In this document: positions 38,233 to 45,757 of the stretch, one piece after another
Layout: the number at the start of each line of letters is the position of its first letter
How positions within the stretch are numbered: the stretch's first letter is position 1
Source: Candidatus Micrarchaeota archaeon
GTDB taxonomy: Archaea; Micrarchaeota; Micrarchaeia; Micrarchaeales; CABMGC01
Direction: 5' to 3'
DNA: 64,000 nt
Assembly: GCA_021797995.1 (NCBI GenBank)
Contig: JAJZYR010000001.1
Span: forward strand, 79,342-143,341
Notes under the pieces: model-generated
What the model was told of the DNA's origin: nothing
The model's input: the letters and a program-made list of their open reading frames with translations, nothing else
The model's database searches: none
Made by a program: the position numbers and the translations under genes

Positions 38233-39690
38233 CTACCTGTCCGGCTTCGTAGTGCCTGCGCCGTGAAGCTGTTGTACTCTGTCATCCTTCCCTCTTGCCA
38301 GCGATACTATCCCTGCAGCGACAAGTATGACTATCATTGCAACGAACGAGAACCGCATGCCCGTGATGAATGCGCTGGCAGTTGCCCCTGTCAGCTTTGC
38401 AGAGGTGCCTACGAAGATCTCAAACGCCTGCGCGCGCGGTATCGATGCAGCTGCTACCACGAAAACGACTATGAAGCTGCCCATCATGCCTATGGTAGAG
38501 AACATCCTGGACAATCCGGAAGCTATGCCGAACCTGCTCTGCTCTGCGTGCGCCATGATGGAGCTACTGTTTGCTGGCCAGAACATCGCGCCCCCTATAC
38601 CTGTAATCAGCGACCCTAGTATTACAAGGTAGACCGAGGAGTATGGATTCAGGAACATGTACACTATTATCCCAAGTATCTGGAGGGCTATGCCCAAGGT
38701 CGCCACAATCCTCGCGCCGTGCTTGTCCGAGATCCTGCCCATGTAAGGCGACAGCAGGCCGCTTACAACGTAGCCTGGCACAAGCAGGAGGGAAGCGAAG
38801 AGGGGTGTAAAGCCGAGGACCCCCTGAAGATACAGTATAAGCATGAAGACGACTCCCAGGAAGCCCAGGCCCTGAAGCATAGCAGCGAAAACTGAGTTCT
38901 TGAACACCCTGTTCGCGAACATGTCGAACGGTATCGTTGGGCTCTCAGATCTCCTCTCTATGAAGTAGAACGCTGCCAGGAGCAATACGCCTATGACCAC
39001 CATAACCGTGTTGAGTGCACCTGTGCCGGTTGAGGCATATCCTATGCCGCCGTACAGCAGCAGGGACAGGGCAACTGCCAACGTCACCATGCCCCCTATG
39101 TCCAGCTTGGCTGCGAACGTCTGCTTGTCGGATATGTACTTGACGCCCAATACCAATGCCACTATGCCTATTGGCACGTTTATGAAGAATATGTACTGCC
39201 AGCCTATGAAGGTTGTTATTATGCCGCCAAGTAGTATGCCTAGGAGCGCCCCTATATTGTATGCCATGGCGGTGAAGCCGAAAGCCCTTCCGATTCTGTG
39301 CCTTCCGAAGGTATCAGCTATTATTGCGCCGCTGGTTGCTGCGATCATCGCCCCTCCGAGCCCCTGCACTGCCCTAAATACGATAAGGAGAACGTCAGTA
39401 GGGGCTATGCCGCAAAGGAAAGAGGAAGCGGTAAACACGGCAAGCCCGGCTATGAAGATTTTGGCCCTGCCATATATGTCGCCCACCTTACCGAACTGTG
39501 TTGTGGCTACTGCACTGATGAGCATGTATATCAATATGACCCATATTATGGTAGTCAAGTTAGAATGAAGCGACGACACTATTGCAGGGAATGCCAACAG
39601 CACTATTGTTGAGTCTATGGCTGCCATCAGCACTGCTACGAGTATCACACCCAGTATTATGTCCTCGTGTACGTGTTTTGCAGCCAACAT
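38233..39690 (-). CDS. MFS transporter, DHA2 (EmrB/QacA-like, 14-TM) family
   Basis: 485 aa with about 14 hydrophobic segments. N-terminal LMAAIDSTIV and GKVGDIYGR motifs. Confidence 0.75.
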   Translation of the reverse strand: MLAAKHVHEDIILGVILVAVLMAAIDSTIVLLAFPAIVSSLHSNLTTIIWVILIYMLISAVATTQFGKVGDIYGRAKIFIAGLAVFTASSFLCGIAPTDVLLIVFRAVQGLGGAMIAATSGAIIADTFGRHRIGRAFGFTAMAYNIGALLGILLGGIITTFIGWQYIFFINVPIGIVALVLGVKYISDKQTFAAKLDIGGMVTLAVALSLLLYGGIGYASTGTGALNTVMVVIGVLLLAAFYFIERRSESPTIPFDMFANRVFKNSVFAAMLQGLGFLGVVFMLILYLQGVLGFTPLFASLLLVPGYVVSGLLSPYMGRISDKHGARIVATLGIALQILGIIVYMFLNPYSSVYLVILGSLITGIGGAMFWPANSSSIMAHAEQSRFGIASGLSRMFSTIGMMGSFIVVFVVAAASIPRAQAFEIFVGTSAKLTGATASAFITGMRFSFVAMIVILVAAGIVSLARGKDDRVQQLHGAGTTKPDR

Positions 39691-40022
39691 AGGAATCAGC
39701 GTATGATAACGGCATATCCACTGCCAATTACATACATGTAGCTGTTTTAACGGTCGAAGCTTAATAACCTTTATCAGTTACTTACGGAATACGCGTAACA
39801 ATATTCCACTATAAAAGATAAATTTACTTGCTTATAATGGCCCAATAAGGACGGCGTAAGCTTAAGGAAAGATTTCACTCCTTTTTCTTCATTGGTTATA
39901 TGTTTGGGGCCAGCTATGTGACATCCTCCGATGACTAAAGGTCGTTGGCTTCCCCTGCATTTGCAGGGTATGTTCTCAATTCCTCAAGCGGCTTTTCGAT
40001 TCCTGTTGAATCGCAGAGGCTA

Positions 40023-40655
40023 CTAATATGGGCTGGTGAGCTTGCCGGCGTCTGCAGATTCTTTGTGCCGCTTTATGAAATTCAGGACGACTGTAGCAGT
40101 ATGCTTGTCGTATCTCTCAAGGTATTTGTGGATCTTTTTTCTGCTTATCTTCTTTAGTAGCTCGCTGTAATCTTGAATCGGCAATTTCACCCTATAGTAG
40201 AACAGGTCTATAAGCGTCTTTTCTGGTTCAGATACAGGCACCTCCAGTGTCCCGTATTTGACTATGCCAAATCCGAAGAAATACTTTGCTGGCATGTGGT
40301 GGACGAAGACCGTTTCCTTTATATCGCCAAATATGTGTATCGAAGAGGCGCGGACCTTCCTGATGGTAATGATATCAGGCCTAGAGTTCTGTGTCCAAAG
40401 CTCCCTTATAGTTAGCGCGGACAGCAATCCATAGTAGAATGGACTGTATGCAAAGCCTGCCACCATGCTATCTTTTTTGAATGCATAGGCCCCTTTTCTA
40501 ACCGTATACAGCTTTCCGCTGCTCTTCATATACGCGATGATCCTTGTAAGGTTTGCCGTTTTCAGCTTTTTGTTTTTGAAGTATAGCTTAAGGTCCCTGC
40601 GCGTGAACACAGGGTAGTCTGAAAAATGATTAATTATGTCCTTTACTATTGTCAC
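40023..40655 (-). CDS. AbiEi-like antitoxin / COG5340-type wHTH regulator (tentative)
   Basis: 210 aa. The N-terminal pattern FTRRDL...L..L..SGKLYTVRKGAYAF resembles AbiEi wHTH domains. It overlaps the upstream nucleotidyltransferase gene by 26 nt. Confidence 0.5.
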   Translation of the reverse strand: MTIVKDIINHFSDYPVFTRRDLKLYFKNKKLKTANLTRIIAYMKSSGKLYTVRKGAYAFKKDSMVAGFAYSPFYYGLLSALTIRELWTQNSRPDIITIRKVRASSIHIFGDIKETVFVHHMPAKYFFGFGIVKYGTLEVPVSEPEKTLIDLFYYRVKLPIQDYSELLKKISRKKIHKYLERYDKHTATVVLNFIKRHKESADAGKLTSPY

Positions 40656-41328
40656 TCAACCACTTCTTTATCGTGTTCACCATCAGGTCGAATGTCGGCG
40701 GCAGGCCTGCGATTATCAGATGCCCTAAGCTGCCCATATTCGGCGGCGGATTTCCGTCTATTTTTCCAATTAATGCCTTTAGCCGTTTGACTGACGTTGC
40801 ATCAACCCTGTTGATCAGGGAAATCAGATAGTAAATATCATACAGATCCTGCACTTCAGTCTGCTTGAATCTCTCCACACTATTCAATTTATCTTCATAG
40901 GCGGCCATCTTTTCATTGAGCAGTTCCAATGGACTTAGAGATAGGACAACGATTTTGCTGCCGTCAATTTTCATGTAATCGAATTCGGTGCCCTTTTTGT
41001 ATTTGAAGTTGATGTCGATTTTCATCTTTGTGTTGGATTCTACCAAAAAGTGCATCGTGTCTGTTGCCTTTTCATATCCCTTTTCTTTCATCAGAAATCC
41101 TGAATCTTTCAAGAAATCTGAGAGCTCCTTGTAGTGCCGCATCTTTTCTTCGTTTGTCTTAGCATCGAGATAGAAGTCTATGTCTCTAGAGAACCTGTTT
41201 CCCCCATGGCATCTCCATATCGAAGTGCCGCCGTGAAACACCAGGCCGTTGTATCTGCTATACAGGAGTTCTACTAGAACGTCCTCCAGTTTTGCTTTCT
41301 CCATCTGCGCCTGATCTCTTATATCCAT
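40630..41328 (-). CDS. nucleotidyltransferase AbiEii/AbiGii toxin family (DUF1814)
   Basis: FHGGTSIWRCHGGNRFSRDIDFYL matches the GGTAL...R.S.DIDF N-terminal motif of the family. 232 aa. Confidence 0.65.
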   Translation of the reverse strand: MDIRDQAQMEKAKLEDVLVELLYSRYNGLVFHGGTSIWRCHGGNRFSRDIDFYLDAKTNEEKMRHYKELSDFLKDSGFLMKEKGYEKATDTMHFLVESNTKMKIDINFKYKKGTEFDYMKIDGSKIVVLSLSPLELLNEKMAAYEDKLNSVERFKQTEVQDLYDIYYLISLINRVDATSVKRLKALIGKIDGNPPPNMGSLGHLIIAGLPPTFDLMVNTIKKWLSDNSKGHN

Positions 41329-41402
41329 AGAACCATAACTACATTTTATTACAATTTTATGTAATAATATGCACTTATATATTTAAATACCTTGCTGTTG
41401 AA

Positions 41403-41499
41403 GGCAGTGTGGCGGTAGTGCTCATCGTTCGCAAGAAGCCTCTAAAAAAGGCTTCATCGAAAGAGGATGAGTTCGCGGGTTCGAATCCCGCGGAGTCTA
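41403..41499 (+). pseudogene. tRNA-Ala(CGC)-derived pseudo-tRNA retaining the intron
   Basis: A 42-nt run (41423-41464) is identical to tRNA 36508-36549, covering the anticodon stem-loop and the whole intron. The T arm is canonical (GCGGG-TTCGAAT-CCCGC). The 5' acceptor strand and D stem do not pair, and the anticodon stem has one mismatch. Confidence 0.7.
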
Positions 41500-41577
41500 C
41501 TTACTCTGATTAGGTCGTTTGGATATTATATAGTATAGTAACAAAGATTTAAATAACATTATATAGTATACTATATC

Positions 41578-42852
41578 ATGGATAAAGAAACGCTCAGGCT
41601 CGTAATAGTTGACCAGAGAAAGAGCCTCGAGGAAAAGCTTAGAGACAAAAACATAATCGTTCGGGATGCAAGTAAGTCGATAGTGCTGAAAGCCCCGACC
41701 GCCTTCATAGTCCTCGGGGTCAGGCGCTCTGGCAAGTCTACGCTTTCGGAGCAGTTGTTTATTGATGACAAATTTGGTTATATAAATTTTGATGACGAGA
41801 GGCTCCTAGGCGCAACTAGAGATGACCTTAATATCATACTTCAGATATTCTATGAGTTGTACGGATCCGATCTTGGCAATATAATACTCGATGAGATACA
41901 ATTAGTACCTGGTTGGGAACCGTTTGTGAGCAGGCTTAGGGATACAAAGAAGGTCATAGTCACTGGGTCTAGCTCTAAACTGCTTAGTGGCGAGCTTTCG
42001 ACCAGGCTGACAGGCAGGCACATCGACCTCCTGTTGTTTCCGTTCAGCTTTAATGAGTTTCTTACGTATAAACACTGGAACATACCTAAGGCTTTCTCTA
42101 CTACCGATAGGGCAGAGGTTGTAAGATTACTCGATGAGTATATAAGCTCTGGGGGATTCCCGGAGCAGTTTACCTTGGGCAGGCAGATAATCAGGAACAT
42201 TTACAATGATATAATAACAAAAGACATCGTAATAAGGCATAAGATAAAGTACATAGACGACTTAAGGCAGGCAGCGCGGTTTTTGGTATCAAACAGCTCA
42301 AAAGAATTTACATACTCTTCTCTTAAAGGTGTGACTGGGGCCAAGAGCATTATAACCCTATCGAATTGGGTGAGGTACCTTGAAGAGGCATATCTTATCT
42401 TCAAAATAGAGCGGTTTTCATATAAACTGAAGCAAACAATCCTCGCGCCTAAAAAGATATACTGCGTCGATGTTGGTATAATAAACGGGATAAGCCCGGA
42501 GCCGACGGGCAACAAAGGCAGATTGATGGAGAATACTGTTGCAATGGAACTGATAAAGGGCAGCAAAAATGTCGGATTTGAGGTATTTTACTGGAAGGAC
42601 CATCAAGGGAGGGAGGTAGATTTTATTATTAAGGACGACAGAAAGGTCGCTAAGCTAATCCAGGCTACTTATGCAACAAGCCGTGAAGCAATTGAAGATA
42701 GGGAAATAAAGTCGCTAGTAATAGCTTCTAACGAACTGAGATGCAATAATCTCTTCATAGTCACGTGGGATTATGAGGGCAGTATCGTGATAGAAGGAAA
42801 GAAAATAGCACTTGTTCCATTATGGAAGTGGCTGCTGAATAAAGAATTATGA
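41578..42852 (+). CDS. AAA+ ATPase, COG1373 type (AAA_14 + DUF4143), paralog 2
   Basis: GVRRSGKST, NIILDEIQLVPGWE, VTGSSSKLLSGELSTRLTGRH, C-terminal REVDF...IQA. TATA atttaaataac lies about 25 nt upstream. Confidence 0.85.
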   Translation: MDKETLRLVIVDQRKSLEEKLRDKNIIVRDASKSIVLKAPTAFIVLGVRRSGKSTLSEQLFIDDKFGYINFDDERLLGATRDDLNIILQIFYELYGSDLGNIILDEIQLVPGWEPFVSRLRDTKKVIVTGSSSKLLSGELSTRLTGRHIDLLLFPFSFNEFLTYKHWNIPKAFSTTDRAEVVRLLDEYISSGGFPEQFTLGRQIIRNIYNDIITKDIVIRHKIKYIDDLRQAARFLVSNSSKEFTYSSLKGVTGAKSIITLSNWVRYLEEAYLIFKIERFSYKLKQTILAPKKIYCVDVGIINGISPEPTGNKGRLMENTVAMELIKGSKNVGFEVFYWKDHQGREVDFIIKDDRKVAKLIQATYATSREAIEDREIKSLVIASNELRCNNLFIVTWDYEGSIVIEGKKIALVPLWKWLLNKEL

Positions 42853-42856
42853 CAAT

Positions 42857-43010
42857 GCTTTACGAAAAGCTTTACCAAAGAGTCTGGGTGCGTAACCTTT
42901 TTGAAAAGGTTGAACCAGAACACTGGGTGCAGTTTTGTCGTTATTTGCACCGTGTCTCTTTATATTTCTGAAATGCCATAGTCTGTGTGCGGATACACAG
43001 ATGCGCGCAT
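42857..43010 (+). repeat. conserved non-coding module R, copy 2
   Basis: Starts 5 nt after the ATPase-2 stop. Hairpins at 42894-42911 and 42921-42954. TATA at 42959-42966. By hand alignment there are 3 mismatches in about 117 nt versus copy 3. Confidence 0.85.
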
Positions 43011-43061
43011 TTTGAAATATGATCTACTGTGGCTTGAATGGCTAGAAGAAATGACGGTAAA

Positions 43062-43119
43062 AGCTTAGAGCGCGTCGTTCGCAACGATGAGATTGCGAGT
43101 TCAAATCCTGCCGAGTCCA
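43062..43119 (+). pseudogene. intron-less tRNA-Ala(CGC)-derived 3' fragment
   Basis: CGTCG-TTCGCAA-CGATG anticodon arm joined exactly at the exon-exon junction of the 36483 tRNA. T arm GCGAG-TTCAAAT-CCTGC. CGAGTCC-A. The 5' acceptor strand and most of the D arm are absent. Confidence 0.65.
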
Positions 43120-43230
43120 TTTTATGTTTACGAGTGAAGCAGGTGCGATGGACTTGTCTTTAGTCTTTGGTAGAAATAGATGTTCTATATTCTAGAATAT
43201 CCAGAAGATTTATATATGTATATCATCACA

Positions 43231-43248
43231 TATATCACTAGTGATATA
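43231..43248. promoter_or_regulatory. perfect 18-bp palindrome, candidate PadR operator
   Basis: tatatcact|agtgatata lies between the TATA-like gatttatatatg (43207-43218) and ATG 43249. Confidence 0.5.
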
Positions 43249-43479
43249 ATGAGAAACGTAGAAAACGTAGAGAAAGAAGACTGTGGATGCAGCTGCAGAT
43301 GCGGAGGTGGAAGCAGAGGAATGCGCAGGCATATGGGCTTCGGTGATATGGACTTGACAAATGACGAAACAGCTGAACGTCTGAGATACTACAAAGATGA
43401 CCTCACGGAAGAAATAAAGCTCATAGATAAACGGATAGCGGATCTCAAGGCAGAAGCCACAAGGAAAGGCAGCAAATAG
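43249..43479 (+). CDS. small Cys/Gly/Arg-rich plus coiled-coil protein (DUF5320-like, tentative)
   Basis: MRNVENVEKEDCGCSCRCGGGSRGMRRHMGFG followed by a heptad-like tail (LTEEIKLIDKRIADLKAEA). ATG 43249 lies directly after an 18-bp palindrome. Its stop overlaps the PadR start. Confidence 0.55.
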   Translation: MRNVENVEKEDCGCSCRCGGGSRGMRRHMGFGDMDLTNDETAERLRYYKDDLTEEIKLIDKRIADLKAEATRKGSK

Positions 43480-43859
43480 TGCAGGCTATGCCTATAAATT
43501 CAGGGTACTGCAACTGCGGTCCGTTTAGGGTGAGCGTGATCCCCCACGGGCTTCTCAAGCCGTATATTCTCAGGCTGATATCAGAGAGGCCTATGTACGG
43601 CTTTGAGATAATGGAGCAAATATTCGAGAAGACAGGCGGCATGTGGCGGCCCGGTCCTGCAGCCACGTATACTACGCTTGAGTGGTTGGAGCGGAATGGA
43701 TATATAAAATCGCTGAATGCAGTGCAGAGGTCCGAAAAGCAGAGGAAACAGTATAAGATAACTGAAAAAGGCCTCACTGCGCTCACAGACTATGCCGAAA
43801 CGTCAAAAATGATAGCGAACCGCATGAAAAGGTTCGGATTGCTGTATGGTGGCCTTTAA
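43479..43859 (+). CDS. PadR-family transcriptional regulator
   Basis: LLKPYILRLISERPMYGFEIMEQI...GPAATYTTLEWLERNGYI is a PadR wHTH. The start is either GTG 43479 (TAGTG overlap) or ATG 43488. Confidence 0.8.
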   Translation: MQAMPINSGYCNCGPFRVSVIPHGLLKPYILRLISERPMYGFEIMEQIFEKTGGMWRPGPAATYTTLEWLERNGYIKSLNAVQRSEKQRKQYKITEKGLTALTDYAETSKMIANRMKRFGLLYGGL

Positions 43860-44223
43860 TGATCGTTATCCCAATTACTACAAAATATATACTGATGATA
43901 GTATAACGGCAGTCAGATTTGCTGTAGCAGTTTAAAGTCAAAATCTCTTACTTCATCTACCCCGCGTACTACTGACGGTTGATGTTCTTTATAGTCAACT
44001 GCCAATAATTCATCCAGCATTTTACTGCCTAAAAGACCAAATTTTACCTGGGGATACGCGTATAACAAATTCCTGCCTTCCACGTAATCGACAATATACT
44101 AATGCTTATCTTACAGAACAGCACAAAAGGTGCAGAGGAGCAGAGTAATGATCAGCCGTCTTTCATTTACGTACAGTATACTAAACGTAAAGCATATAAA
44201 CATGTATAACATACTATACAGAT

Positions 44224-45522
44224 ATGGCTAGCGTTGATGACTTTAAGTATGTGCTTACCCTCTGGAAAGAGATGGAGCTACCAGAAGTCATAGACAGGAA
44301 GATTACTTTAGATTTAGATGCAGACAAAATAATAGTCATTGCTGGTGTAAGACGCTCTGGTAAAACGAGTTTAATGTTTCAGCACATTAAAGAGCTAATG
44401 AGAAGAAAGGTGGGAAAGGACAATATTATTTATGTTAATTTTGAGAATGAGCGCCTAATAGCTACTAAAGCAACAGACATGGATAATCTCATGGTTGCGC
44501 ATTCGCAAATATTCACTCCTGTAGAAGGAATTGTGTATTTGTTCTTGGATGAGATCCAGAACGTAGAGAACTGGGATAAATGGATAAGGAAGATATATGA
44601 CACCAAGAAGTATAGAATTATAATAACCGGATCGTCATCGCAATTACTTAGCAGCGAGATAGCTACGGCGCTTGCAGGCAGGAACCTTTCTTATACTGTT
44701 TATCCATTCTCTTTTAGCGAGATACTGAAATCGAAGGGTATAACCACCGAAATTAGTAGCATAAAATTTTCTTCAAAGAAAGGCATTGTACTGAAAGCGC
44801 TAGATGAATTTCTCGAATATGGCTCTTTTCCAGAGGTCATACTTTCAAATGATGCTACAAGAAAAATGGATCTTTTATCAGCGTACTTTGATGCAATATT
44901 CTTTAGGGACATAATAAAGCGATATAACCTGAGGGAAATGGGTGCATTAAACATTTTCCTTAAGATACTTGCTAGTAACTATTCGACTTATTTCAGCTCA
45001 ACAAAAGCCCAGAATTATTTCAATAGTATGGATTTTAAGATTAGCAGGGTTACAATTCTTAACTTTTTAGAATACTCTAAATCTGTATTCTTTGCTGAAA
45101 CCTTGGAGCAATACTTAAAAAGTCCAAGAAAGCGATTTGCTAGACAGATAAAGAGTTATATTGTTGACATTGGGCTATCAAGATTGTTTACAGAGATAGA
45201 TAAAGGTAGGGCACTTGAAAATGCGGTGTTTATTGAGCTGCTTAGAAGGAGAAAGGCACCAGATAATATCTATTATCTGAAATTGAAATCAGGAAAGGAG
45301 ATTGACTTTATTATAGGTTGGAAACCTACTAAACTAATACAGGTATGCTATAAATTTTCTAGCAACGATGTAAAAAAAAGAGAAACTCTGGCACTAGTTG
45401 AAGCTGCAAAAACACTTAGACTTAAAGAAGGGACCATAATTACTTATGATTATAGCGGCAGTGAGGTTATAAATGGAATAAAGATATTACACACACCCTT
45501 CTGGGAATGGGCCCTTACGTAG
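44224..45522 (+). CDS. AAA+ ATPase, COG1373 type (AAA_14 + DUF4143), paralog 3
   Basis: GVRRSGKTS, YLFLDEIQNVENWD, ITGSSSQLLSSEIATALAGRN, C-terminal KEIDF...IQV. TATA gcatataaac lies about 25 nt upstream. Confidence 0.85.
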   Translation: MASVDDFKYVLTLWKEMELPEVIDRKITLDLDADKIIVIAGVRRSGKTSLMFQHIKELMRRKVGKDNIIYVNFENERLIATKATDMDNLMVAHSQIFTPVEGIVYLFLDEIQNVENWDKWIRKIYDTKKYRIIITGSSSQLLSSEIATALAGRNLSYTVYPFSFSEILKSKGITTEISSIKFSSKKGIVLKALDEFLEYGSFPEVILSNDATRKMDLLSAYFDAIFFRDIIKRYNLREMGALNIFLKILASNYSTYFSSTKAQNYFNSMDFKISRVTILNFLEYSKSVFFAETLEQYLKSPRKRFARQIKSYIVDIGLSRLFTEIDKGRALENAVFIELLRRRKAPDNIYYLKLKSGKEIDFIIGWKPTKLIQVCYKFSSNDVKKRETLALVEAAKTLRLKEGTIITYDYSGSEVINGIKILHTPFWEWALT

Positions 45523-45541
45523 TAACGAGCAACTTACAAGA

Positions 45542-45695
45542 CCTTTTTACGAAAAGCTTTACCAAAGAGTATGGGTGCGTAACCTTTTTGAAAAGGTTGA
45601 ACCAGAACACTGGGTGCAGTTTTGTCGTTATTTGCACCGTGTCTGTTTATATTTCTAAATGCGGTATAATCCGTGTGCGAATCGGATGTTCGCAT
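45542..45695 (+). repeat. conserved non-coding module R, copy 3
   Basis: Hairpins at 45581-45598 and 45608-45641. TATA at 45646-45653. gtgtgcgaa-tcggatg-ttcgcat hairpin. Confidence 0.85.
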
Positions 45696-45757
45696 CCATC
45701 CAATGGCTGAAGTGCGTGGACTCTCTGCTATTCATTTTGTAAGACTGTAGGCGCGTG

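Noticed and set aside
38074-38619. 181-aa ORF starting MRYNLCAKTQMFAF inside R1. The same MRYN opening is present in R3 (45659 onward)
   Set aside because: In R2 the equivalent frame stops after two codons (atgccatag). The R3 frame ends after 27 codons with unrelated sequence. The long R1 ORF runs antisense through the MFS gene. Conservation is at the nucleotide and structure level, not the peptide level.
45712-45728. gtgcgtggactctctgc just after R3, resembling the reverse complement of a tRNA-Ala 3' end (tggactct)
   Set aside because: Only an 8-mer is exact, and about two chance hits are expected per window. It may still be a decayed inverted att fragment, but it cannot be supported by eye.
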